NCBI GenBank assembly: GCA_030704615.1
Contig: CM060731.1
Coordinates: forward strand, 71,300,001-71,364,000
Reading direction: 5' to 3'
From: Takakia lepidozioides
Taxonomy: Eukaryota; Plantae; Bryophyta
DNA length: 64,000 nucleotides
Part shown: in pieces, positions 35,131 through 47,600 of the stretch
Layout of the letters: each line of letters opens with the position of its first letter
How positions within the stretch are numbered: position 1 is the first letter of the stretch
The notes under the pieces: model-generated
Told to the model about the DNA's origin: nothing
The model's input: only the letters and a program-made list of their open reading frames with translations
The model's database searches: none
Made by a program: the position numbers and the translations under genes

Positions 35131-38100
35131 ATGGCTATCTCTTCAAAATTTGACAAACTGAGGCAGAGGCCTGATCAAGTAGCTCTTACGGACAAAATGC
35201 TTTCAGCAATCGGAGTAAGCAATACAACTCCAGTCAAGGGCGCTACAAGGAGTGCTAAGGGTCGGTCTTCTGAGCTGTTCGAACAGAGCGGTGGCTGGGA
35301 AAGGAAGCGTGCGTCTAATCTAGTGGTTCCAAAAAGTGAGAACTTGGAAGAGTTATCTCGTAGCCCATCACCCTCTCTAGATGTGGACCCTCGGGTTCAG
35401 TCAGATGCTGACATGCGTGGCCCCACGTCGTACAATCGCAAGGACAAATCTCTCGGTCTTCTTTGCGAAAAGTAAGTCTTCATGACTAACCCTGCATTTC
35501 GTGTTCTTTTTATCTCCAGCTTCGAGCACAATGCAATTTCCAACAAAAGCTTGTTCTAAAGCCAGCAACATTTACTCAAAGGCTGTATCGTCGACTCTCT
35601 TGAGCCATTTCCCTACTGCCGCTCAAACATCCACAACTGGCTCTTTTCATTCTTCTTTCGTCTGCTGGACCTGGACTTGTTGCAGAGGAAAGGCCCCTTT
35701 TTGTTATGGGATGTAAACCTAACCTTGGCACAACATTGCAGAGTGTACAGAAACATAGACCTTAACTCCAGTCTAAAAGAAGAGCTAAGCTTAAGGATGA
35801 TAAATATGACGATTGACCAGGGATAGAGTGAACCTTGAAACAACTAACTTCATTTCGATGGACTTCCAGAGACTTGTTGAGAAGATTAGACTGCTTAAGG
35901 ATGTTATCTTGATTGCTCTAATACTCGAAACATGACCAGAAAAAAAGACTGGTATCGAGGAATTTCTCTGCTGGCGAGTGGAGCTGTCTTCAGAACCAGC
36001 TTCCATGGCTTCAATACATAAATTTGTATCGTCGGTAGTCTATGCCTGTTTTATTTTTAAGGTTCTCAAGCATGAACTCATTTTATGTAGCAACGATCAT
36101 GATCCCCACTTTAACAAGTCAGATGTATGCCACCATTTTAAGGGGTATCCTGGTTATTTGCAGCTTCTTAAATTTGTATGGGACTGAAGAGGGCGATTGT
36201 ATCAGCCTCGATGAAGCTGCAAGCCGCCTAGGTGTGAAACCCTAACTCTGCTCTTTAATGTGTGGTTCCCCAGTGCTGGAAAGTACTCCTCCTTTGGTAC
36301 GGAAAAAGGATTCCTGTAGTAACGCCTTCTTGCCGAATGACCTGCACTTTGATCAGTTTCCATGCAGTTAGACCCTGGGTTTATCATCTCTGTAGGATGA
36401 TTGTGTGGGTCAGACCATGCTGCACTTAGAAGGTCCAATGTCACGTAGGTTGTGCTTTCATGAAGTGAATGTTTGACAATCCTGTTGCCGTGACATCCAG
36501 GTGTGGAGAGGAGGCGAATTTATGACATTGTCAATGTTCTTGAGAGCATAGAGGTGGGCATCAGATAGAACTTATGCTTCTAACAAAAAAGTGCATTCCC
36601 AATGATAACAATGAGATTGGTCCTTATATTTCAGCCTTTTCGATCATGTAGCCATGCAGTGGAAACAGCCGTGTTGCTTGTTGCTATGTTTGCAGTGAGG
36701 TGAGGGATGAGGAAGTAATTTTGCCACATGGTCAATCTCCTCAATAGCATAGAGGTCTAGCTGAGATATAACTTAGGCTCTAGGGTCTCAGAATGAAATT
36801 GTGAATCCCAGATAGGAAGGTGGTCATTGACTACCAGGCATATGGATAAGATGTTGTACAGTGAGCCAGGGAAACAGCAGTTTTCTAAATTTGCAAAAAG
36901 TATTACTTTCCACTGAAAGCCTTATGTTGATTGTAGATTTTGATACGCAAGGCCAAAAATCGTTATACCTGGCATGGATCCACCAGACTGCCGCAAGCCC
37001 TTCACAGGATGAAGGTATGCTTGTCATGTGTTCCAACAGTCACCTTATGCATTGCCCCAAGTTCTCAGGAGAGGCAAACTTATGCTCAAAAGAACAGTAT
37101 AATCATCTAATTCTGAATCAGCCCAGGACACAGCATTTGGGGAGTCTCACATGCTTTAAGTGAGAAGGCTTCATAGGATCCTCAAAACATGAACATTCTT
37201 CAGTTGCAACCTTGAATCAGCTTGATTGTCTGCAACATGCAGGAGGCAGCTCTACGTGAGTATGGTGTAGGAGAGTTTCAAGGAACTGCAGCTATTGCAA
37301 GTGACAGAGGAGTGGACACCCCCTCCACGGTACAGCTAGATTCTTCTGTCCCCATCTCCGACTTTTGTAGTTGGTTTATTGTCTGATTGTCCGGTAGGAC
37401 TTAGAAAACAGTCGAAGTTGACCTATGTCAGATAGCATTTTCCTCTGTTTTATTAGGACCATACAAACTTCCCTTCAATTGTAGAAGCCCATACTAGATC
37501 TGCAATTGCCCCAATAGCTCATGTTTCTGGCCCTTCGATGGATATCCTTGGGTACCCACCAGCATCGGGTAAGCAGAGCTGATGTGGAGGCACGTCAGGT
37601 GCCTAATCATAGCTCCATCTTTAATGATTAGTGAGCTAACTAGACTGGCTGGGATGTGAATTCTTGTCTTCAGGGATGTGGATCTTCAGATGATGAGGAT
37701 GAAGAGAGAAAGACTGTCTGCTCAGCGGATTCTGATGGAGGCCCCTCAATCCAAGCACAGTATGGTGCAGGCCCAAAAGATAAAGCAGGTACTTAAAAGG
37801 GTGCTGGCTAAAGTGACATCTACACTTGTAGCTGAAGATCTTACACGCCAATATCATTGTCAATTTGTCAATGTTGACTTGAATCATAATCCTGATTGTC
37901 TATGAAAAGTCTAGCCAGCATTGCAGGGTGATGGCAGCGGTTAATGTGGCCCTTGACCATTTTTGGCAGATTGTCGGCGTGAGAAATCACTTGGCTTGCT
38001 CAGCCAGAAATTTGTGCAGCTATTCCTTATCTCACAGGTATATGTTTTGCCTGAATTGTGTCATGAGATTTGGCCACTGCTTTGATCTTCATGATCCAAT

Positions 38101-40828
38101 GTATTGGATGTACCTGTTGACTGTTACGGCGGTAGACTTGATGTCCTGGTCAATGTGGGTTGCAGACTCAAATTGTTTCATTGGAAGATGCGGCTCGGCT
38201 GCTGCTTGGTGATTGCAAGGATGCCTCCAAGCTCAAAAGTATGTTTCACGTTACTAAGGGCCCACTAAATGACCTCCTTGATCATGGGAAAATCCTTTCA
38301 GCTGCTGAAGATATTAGGCAATCAGACTATTCATGACTGACTTTCTGATATAATGTACACACTTGAGCTTGGGTTGAGCAGATCTTTGGTTGGGATGAAT
38401 TATGTCAAAATGCTGAGTTACCTGGATCTTTTCTTTCAATTGCATGCATGATGATTGTGTTAATCTGTTCCTTGCAGCAAAAGTGAGGCGCTTGTATGAT
38501 ATTGCCAATATCCTCTCCTCCCTGCAGCTTATTGAAAAGGTAAACCCAGTGCCGCTTTTCTGGATCTCATGATTATATTTCTCATATCTTGCATACAGTC
38601 CTCCACACCCTGGGCCTAATTATAAACTTAAAAACGAAATGGAACAATCTTATGACAGGGTAGTGACTACAATTGTAAGAGCATATAGACCAGTTTGCTC
38701 ATGCAGTCTCCAATGTTAGGTGCGGTTGGAGCATTATTTTTATTCTTGTCTCTCTTTTTATTTGACTGTAGACTGAATGCTGTCACTACCATGGCACAGA
38801 CTCACATGACAGAGAATCGAAAACCGGCATTCCGGTGGCTCGGGACAAAGGACGACCTTGTTGGTATGTCAGTTATCTTGTTTCTTCGTCTTCAGTTCCC
38901 CTGAGTTCCAGCTCGTTCCATCGTACTTCATCTAGAACTTCGACATGAACACAAATACGTTAAGATTCTTTACATAGGGTATGGGTGTTTCCAAGTCAAC
39001 TTGTCTTACATTTGAAGGGACATCTACTGTCTGATCTTTACCTTTAGTCTATATTAAGATAATGCATTTGACACTGCAGCTTCCTGCATTACTATCATGG
39101 TTGGGTGGTCTGACCCAAACGCCTTAATGACCAAGAAAATGCTAATTGTGGCTACAACTACGATGGTTTGTGGTTCTTTGCATGGCCCCTCGATACTCCA
39201 TCTTGCCTTTAAGTGCCCGCGCCGAAGTTTCCTTTGGAACCCCACTGCTTGGCCTCGTTAGTGACATCAGGCTTCTGCAGTGCCTGAGAGCCCACCTGCA
39301 CAGCATACTGCAAATCTAGTGTCTAAGTCATTTGCAGGCCCTATACATTGGCAATCATTCTCAAAGTGTGCAGGCCATGTTGCAGGGCCAGCTACCAGAA
39401 AGCGAATGGCTGGAATGTGTAAGGTATCTCAGCCACCTATTTACAGCTCTGCTCCTGATGATAAGACCAAAAAGTGTCTGAAACGAGCTACCGAGGGTGA
39501 TAGCCCCATGATATCGATGGAGCAAAGTGCTGCGAAACGGACAGTTTTGAAGCCTTTGCAGCCAAGGTGTGGGAACATTATGGAACCTCATACCAGAGAG
39601 TTGATCAATAAGCCCGTTCCTTTGTATCCCCGTGTGCCTCAAGTTGACAAGCCCTTGTCCGATGCTAAAGTGAGTGCACCCATGGCTTCAGGCCTCCCCA
39701 TCGGAGTGACTCTGGGAACTGCAGGTCAGCCATATTTTCATGACATCTCCTGTTCTATTGGTTGATGTCTGTTTGATGTTGCCCGCCTGCAGTTGTACAG
39801 AGGTCCATATTTCCTTAGACAAGTAGTTTTGTTATTGGGATTTTGAATTACTGGTTTAGCTAACCGTGAAGTGAATAATGAGATTCTACTACGGGGTCAC
39901 TTTGTGTCATCATTTGAATGTTTTCCAGTCCAGGTAATGTCACCTTGGACGCATTTTTATCCACATCCTTGCTGGTGTAACTAAATGTATTATGCAATCA
40001 ATTATGCAGGTGGCTGGAGAGAATGGAGTGATGTTAGTCAAGCCCAGACATCGTCATCCGGTTCTGGATGGTCATCCCAGTGCTGTCAGCACACAGCAGC
40101 AGCGTATATATCTTGTTCAAAGGTTGGGGGGGTGCCTCCCACTTGTGCCCAAGCCACCTGTCCGCCATCAACCAGCTGCTGCCCTGCATTTGGCATGCAG
40201 GGAGTCACACCCATGTCTTTCCCTAGCTGTTGCTCCTGTGCAACCAGACATCCTTTTGAGAATGGCTACTACCCGATGGTCCCTAGATCTCCTGGGGCAT
40301 TTCTCAACCCCTTCTTGCCTCCATTTCCACTCCAGCACCTTGCTGCTTTTGGCATTCCCTGCATGCAAAGTATGGGCAGCGAGCAGATGCACCATGCAGA
40401 TCAATGCAAGCATCATGATTGCTCCATCCATCAGACTGACAGTGGCATTGCACCAGCAGCAGCCCTGCAGTACCAGAATGAGAGTAAGTGTAATTCTTCG
40501 TCTCACTTAGATACCTTGTTCGTTTACTGTGATTCGCTCTTAGAAACAAGTGACTCAGCATTAGCGGGGTAGCATGTGATTTTAATTTGGTATGCTCTTG
40601 CTAAACACTATGTGTATGGATGTGCACTGACTAGTGAAAATCTGGACGTGTGCAGCACTGGGCCACATGTTTGCTCAGTATGTGGATGCTTGGAAGTCGT
40701 GGTATCTACAAGCAACATCGCTTTCAAATTCCCCGTGCTTTGAAGCTGCCCAAAACCCTTGTGACCGAGTGCCTAGTACGTCGAGAGATGAAAATTCTTC
40801 AGCAGGGATTGGTGGAATGGCAAGTTAA
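35131..40828 (+). CDS. DEL1: Atypical E2F transcription factor (DP-E2F-like, DEL/E2Fe-type) with duplicated DNA-binding domain, multi-exon
   Basis: DBD1 YNRKDKSLGLLCE|FLNLYG...ISLDEAASRLG|VERRRIYDIVNVLESIE|ILIRKAKNRYTWHG; DBD2 RREKSLGLLSQKFVQLFL|...SLEDAARLLLG...KVRRLYDIANILSSLQLIEK|THMTENRKPAFRWLG; C-terminal LQYQNE..LGHMFAQYVDAWKSWY. The gene symbol is family-level only. Confidence 0.93.
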
Positions 40829-41539
40829 TGTACTTAAAAAATGAGGGTTGGTTCTTACCAGCCGTTTTGACACTTGGATGCTCTAGCAAACGGTGCAACA
40901 TTTATGATACTGTGCCTGAGAAATGTAGAGTTCCAGATAGATCACCATCTTGTGGTGAGTGCCTTAACAGAAAGTGTTCATACCACACCATTCTTTTGTC
41001 ACTGATGCCATAAAAGATTATATGAGCAGGACCTCTGTCACATTCTATGGCTCCATGCTCAGTTCAATAAAGGTTACACCCACCTCAAACTCAATGAGGA
41101 TGGCAATGACCAGTGCGCATGTTTTCTCTCAAGATTTTGTCGAGCTTGTCGAGGGTACCCACAGCTGTGTATATGTATACGGGGTTTGACCTGTAGAGTG
41201 TTGGGTACTCACCTGTACTGATCAGGGATTTCTCATCTCCTTGGTCTCACTGTGCAGAGTATCCTGCTGGTGATAATTTGCCCCACAAAACTTGAGAAAC
41301 TGAAAGGACTAAGCGAGGGAACTGCAAATTCTGATCAACAGGTAAGTATGATACTCGGATACTTGAGCTGGTACAAAATTGTACCAGCTCAACTGCCAGC
41401 TTATGTTCATACAATAACACAATCATGATGCTCGTGCAAACTGAGTTTCAATGGAAATGATACATTTTACTTAATACAATTGCATACAAGATCTCACTTA
41501 GAGTGAAGATTTGGGCATTCATGAGTGCTTGCTGACCAT

Positions 41540-42929
41540 CTAAACTTGTGGAGACTTGGGAGCTCCCTTTTCCTGAGGCTTGCTGACTATGAAAGAAATG
41601 CACTGCACTTGACGGACGTTGTCAAATCCAATGACACGAATGAATGCGTCTGGGTAGGCAGTCCTTGCCTCAATAACCTCGCGAGCAACCTGCTCATGGA
41701 AAAAGACGGTAGAGTTCAATTCTCGCTAGATTTTTATTTCATGGGGCATGTCATCTAACTCATCGTCGTCATCACAATCCATCGGAACTATCCTGGCTTA
41801 AATCCTAGATGCTACAAGCAAAGAAAGCCTCATAGCAATCCTTTGGTAGCTGGTAGATATCACCCACAGGACCAAGAGTACAGTTCTGAAAGGAAACGGA
41901 CAGGAAAACTAGCAGTGTACATGTGTAGAAAGGAATGCTGGAAAAATGCCTTTGGTCACGTATGGAGTCGGTCGTTGATGAACGATACCTGATCAGAGTC
42001 AGTGGCCCCAAAAAGAGGAAGCCTCCATAGTGTCCAGTAGCGCCCATCGTAGTAGCCTGATCCTTGAAAGTTGGTTCTGCTCACTACTGGGTTCTGCCCA
42101 CAACACAACACCAATTAAATGATCAGTTTCCTTTTCCGTCTGCACCTACTCATGCTCAAATCTCTCAAGAACATTTCTCCTTCAACTCACTGTATGGTCC
42201 CGGTCTGCAGTCATGCTTGAGGAGCAGCTTGGCGCAGCACTAGTCTCCAAGCAGTAGCTAGTGCGGGAGCTTACATGAAGCTCAGCAGCTCAGCACTGGA
42301 TGCCTACATGTACTGCATCACGGGGCCTTCGACTCTGATATCGATTTTCTCTACTAGTTGAAAACTCATTGAAAGGAATAGTCTTAGCGATTGTTCAGTA
42401 CGGTGCTCTCGAATTCAATGGCAGGGATCCATTTGTTGAGGAGAAGGTAGTCAATCTGCTTCACAATCTGTTCGTCTGTCAGGGGCGGCAGGTACGACAG
42501 CGTCTCGTACTTCTGGTTGTTGTTGGGATTCCAGACCTGTCCACCAATTTGAACCACAACTCGATGGCCTGCCCCATAAGTCTCTTCCCCAGGTGGTAAA
42601 TTTCTGACTCTCTCCCCTCCCTGATCTCCCCTCGCTCGCATGCAAGTAGTGATCAGATCTCAATTCTTTGCAAAACAGATTGTAGATCACCAGAAGACAA
42701 CAAGAATATAGATTGTAAGTACATTGAAGGCGTGTACACGGCTGCCATTGCTGACGGTGCGGCGTGCCCACTGTGAGGGGCCTTGCAATGTTGGAGCGCA
42801 TCGCAGGCCCGCGGGGGCCACTGCTGTCAACTGCATGCGGGTCTGCTCGGTACTGGTGCAGGCCTTGCTCACAGCGTTGCTCACCACAGAGCAGCTTGTT
42901 GCCACGGCAATTGCTGTGCTGTTCACCAT
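41540..42929 (-). CDS. rbcS: Rubisco small subunit, divergent, 198 aa; exons 42929-42723, 42536-42402, 42093-41989, 41689-41540
   Basis: Transit peptide ending [10 protein letters not shown], then FN|[45 protein letters not shown]|[35 protein letters not shown]|[49 protein letters not shown]. All introns are phase-0 GT-AG. Confidence 0.96.
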
Positions 42930-44652
42930 CTCTGCGCAGAGAACGATAGGAAGAAAGAAGGCAGAGCGGGACCAAGACTTGCGCTGTGTTGTGAGTGATT
43001 CAGGAAGAGCAGTAGCGGCGCTCTTATACGTTACGAGCTCTAGATCTAGAGCTCCACTTACCGCGAGTGGACTCACTTATGTGACATTACTGTGACAACC
43101 CACAGTCTGGTGGTTTTCTGACATTGATTTGAGATTGGGACCATATGGCCAACTGTTTATCATTCGGTTCCTACAGAACTGCTCCTCTATCCCAAGTCTC
43201 GACCTTCCCGTTTCAACACCTTTTATGTTTTCTCCATGGGAACAGCGGAATGAGATCCCAGCTTTATAATAATCTTGTGACAAGATTATACTAAGTTGTT
43301 GTATCCAATCGTGGAAAAGGTGGCAAACTGCGCGGGTTGAGATCAAAGAAGGCCTGACACAAAGTGAGCAGGTACAGAGCCCCTTGTCTGCAATTGCAAT
43401 CGTTTACCTTTATCATCCGGAACTGTTGTTGGAGAACTTATCAATGTCATGGGTGTGTGCTTATCTGAGGCATGGCAACGTCAAGAGAGCTACAGTTGAG
43501 CTTATAACATTCCATTCATGGTCAGTCTCGGTTTGCACTAGACTCTCTGGAACTGATGTCCTTATACCTCAGACTTACCATTTCTAGCCCCTTTGCATCC
43601 AATGCTATGCCAAGCTTTGATCTTCATCTGACAAAATACCTTGCAACTTAAGATTGAATCGATTAGATCTCAGAATGTCACACATCTGACCCCTCACCAG
43701 GATATAGAAAATATCCATGTAAGCATGACACCAGAGAAAGATTTCCTCATTAGAACCCTCGTGATGTTGATGTCCTCAGTTGGTATCAAGACTGTCACTC
43801 TATTATGTGTCAACCTCTCCAATCCCATGATTTGGACAAGTTAAATCTAACTTGTACTCAAAAGAACTTTTCAGAGCAAAGGGGCTGTGTCATGTTAGGC
43901 CTACTTATGGAGTATATTTCACTGAAAGGAGACACAATTTCTATTGACGACACAATCAAAACACTGTGCACACGACACAACTCCAATTTGTGAGCACTAC
44001 AGTAGATCCATATCTGAAAACCGGGTGAATTTATCATTAGAATCTCAAAAAGCTCAGTAATGCACATGGACCATCATCTTGTCTTTCATCAATCACCAGC
44101 CTGTGGAACTTTACACCATTTTCCTAGAAGACTGATATGACTAGGTGTTTTGCATGTTAGACATAAAACACGTGCGTTTATACAGAGACTTTGTTAGTTT
44201 TCAACGTGACTCTTCAATTGAAATCAGTACATAGTACATAAATTTATTGTAAATGGATAGCAACACCTGGATGCCCAAACAGCAGGAAAAGCAGATCGCA
44301 CTGAACAGTAGCACCTCTGCTTGTCTCACATGGCACATTTGTTTGCCACAATTGAGGAGCATGGATCCTAACAGGCATCCACAAGACCTGGTAGACTGCT
44401 AGCCTTATCAAGATTGTACTCTTCCTAAAAGCAATCCTCGACATTCATTTGCAACATTTCACCTCACCCAGTATATCTGCTTGGAGCAAAAAGAGTAAGT
44501 TGTCTTGTCTAAGCTTGTCTCGAGCACACTCACCAACTGGCACTGAATCCATGTGGGAGCGCAGAGGAGTTTCCAAATCAGCACTCTCGTTGAAATCAAG
44601 GCCAAACGGCGGCATGTATCAGCAGGTATCAGCTTTACACATGGACAACAGG

Positions 44653-47600
44653 TCATAGCAGCATCCTTTGGGGATCAGACAAGTTTGCACGCAACGCTTT
44701 GAGAAAACGGCCTGCACCAGTCACATAAACAGAGAAACGGCTTTTTCAGTTACTGAGCACATTTCCAAGAGAATTTTCAGCAAAATTTCTATAGACTTGG
44801 AAGTTTTCTCCGCAGCCAGAAAAGAACACATGCTACCTCCAGTAAAGAAAAACTGACCTCCTGTGTCACCATCATAGACACGACCGTCTGCTGATAATGT
44901 AACCAACATTCTGGTCACCGTTTTTGGCCTGCCTTCACCTGCCATGAAATTGCGGCCCTTGTCAGTGATGACTGTCCTAAGAGATAACTGTTTGAAAAAC
45001 GAAGATCAGTTGGGTCCACAAAGTGAAGCTTGGGCAGCATACCATCTGAGTCTTCGTCCCAAATCACCACCCGTTTGCCTTTCCCGACTGCGAGTATGCA
45101 TGCCTGCAGGCAAGCCAAACCTATGTTACAGATATATCCTCAAAGCAAGCTACACCAAGCATCTCCACCATAAACTGCTGGCTCATTGTGCATAAGATAG
45201 CTGCAGGGTGGAGGAGGACAACGGACTTAATCTATCATACGTGCATAAATATTTAGGAAGATCCATTTAAGAACAAACAAAACAAAACGTTCTTGGCACC
45301 TGGTTTGCCCACTGCTGCGTGAAGGCCAAACTGGGGACAGGACATCACAAGCCATGAATAGGGTTGTGATGGAGGCCATAAATTTAAGGTTCCCATTGTT
45401 ATTCCGGTCAATGTGTAGTTTCTCAAACTCCAATGTATACAGCTATACATATGTCTGAGCAAACATGACCACATGTGTATGTATATATATTAAAGGAGAT
45501 GAGTATCCAATAGATGCCCAGTGCTTAGGGCACAAGGCCGCCTTCAAAGCAATCGTGGTTCAAAGCCACATAGGTGTATGTTGGATGTCACCCATCATAG
45601 CCAACCCAGCTAAAAAATGGGGGGTTGCTGGGAAGACCAGTCACCTCATGTGTGGGCACATTAGGACTTTATAAAACCTTGGGGAGGTTGGGGTAACCGT
45701 GTTGCCCCGGTTATGGATGTTACAAGTTGTCCACCTTCGAAACAAAAGGCAGTAGCCCTTTGGGGTGAAGTGACACCATAATCTACGCCTGCTTTGGCAG
45801 GAGTCAACCCTTTTTTTAAAGAGAGACGAGAGTTCCAGGAGGATATGACAGACCATTGAGTTTATGATAGTTGTACATGACAAACCCCTGATTCCAGCTG
45901 GAAACATACCCTTCTGGAGCAAGTTGAGAAGTCACAAGGGTATGGAAACAGTCTGTCATTGCCAACAATCTGGTTGCAGGAATTGAGTGCTGACGTAAGA
46001 GATGGTACAAAGCTGATTGTAATACCTGTCCCAAAATTTATTTGGTACATCCCCATCTTTCACACATGTAAAGCACACCATAACAGGGAAGAAGAGGGAT
46101 GTGAAAACCTGAGGAGGATTGATAATTGCACAGAAGTTGTCTACAGAAAACATTCCCAGATTCGATATGCTGCAAGGCAAATAGGTAGTTGTATGAGAAT
46201 GCATAGTGCCAAAGAGAGCTGCGACAATTAAAATGATCCCACAAGTTGATTAGATCTACATAAATCTGATTCCCAAGTGTTGACCCAAAGCTCATTGCTG
46301 ATAACCAGATCCATATTCTATCAGTGTTTCTGGCCTTGCCTGCCTGCACCACACTGACCTGAAAGTGCCACCTTGAAACTCATGAGGCTTCAACTTTCCA
46401 GCCCGTGCCCTCTCTGCCAGAGACTTTACCTGCACCAATGTCACAAGTAAAACATCGTCTGAAATGCACATTACAGTCAATGTTGAAGGCCGCAAAACTG
46501 ACCCCCTCAAACTACTGTCTCAGAAGATAAATCGAGAAATAGCACCCACTGCAGACTATGATAGAGTTAAAGCTCTTACCTCTGACGAGATTGCACTCAG
46601 AGATTTCTGATCTGCATTCTTCAGGATTGGAGTCATCAATCCCTGGACATACGATTGCACTAAAACCAATTAGCCTGCCTATTCAGATAGAGCATCACTC
46701 CCATCTTTATGATACACACATAAACCAGAACTGCTATGCCCAGCCCCCAAAAGATTGAAATACAAACATCATGCAGCTCAAGCTTACCTTATCAGTGGCA
46801 ACCGCAACGCAAATATCAATGGACTTGTTTGGCACTCTATCTCCTGCTTTGTCATCCCAAAATGCTGCACATCCAAGAGAGTACATTATCTTATCTGCAC
46901 ACAACAAACCTTGAACTAACAGCAATCTCTTACATTAAATACAAATCACAAGAGACAGAAAGAATGGAACAAATGCCTTATAACTGTACTCGCATGTATC
47001 ATTCAGCCCTTCTCAACCTTGTAGGTTGGAGGGGATATAAACCTCAGGAAACGCATTCGCATCATCACCTGACTTGTATGGCACATCCAGAGGGGAGTTA
47101 ATTCAGCTAATCATACCATTTGCCTCAGGGACTTCCTTCAGAGCAAGTGCAGTAGCTCTGATAACAAAGTCATTTACTGATACTGAAACTCCATGTTTCT
47201 CTGCCAAATGCCATACACACTATGCATCAGCCGAAGGGTTCCAATGGGATATAATTCACTCAAGATGTGACCTTCAAAAGTACATGATAATCATCAGACT
47301 ACAAAACTTTGCCAATGCCCAATTTTGACCTATCTTTTATTGGGTACCTGTGCTATCTAACACCAGGTGGCTGTTTGCAGAAGTTTTCCCAAACTATTTC
47401 GGTATGCAAAGAGGCATTACGACAAATAAACACCACTGGCTATCATAAAAGCAGATAGGACTTAGTGCACAAAATTGACTGGGAGTGACACGCACCTTTG
47501 AGCTCTTTCCTGAGTGTTAGGGTTGGATCCAAAATAGTAGCTGGAAAAAAAATATCACGTTGTTAAGAGCCAGATTGAGTGTCAATATGGCATGGAGCCA

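Noticed and set aside
41540-41580. RbcS C-terminal extension as a long hornwort-type pyrenoid-condensation extension
   Set aside because: The tail is only ~11 residues before a TAG, and I found no convincing further coding exon downstream. Splicing at CAA|GTTTAG cannot be fully excluded without cDNA.
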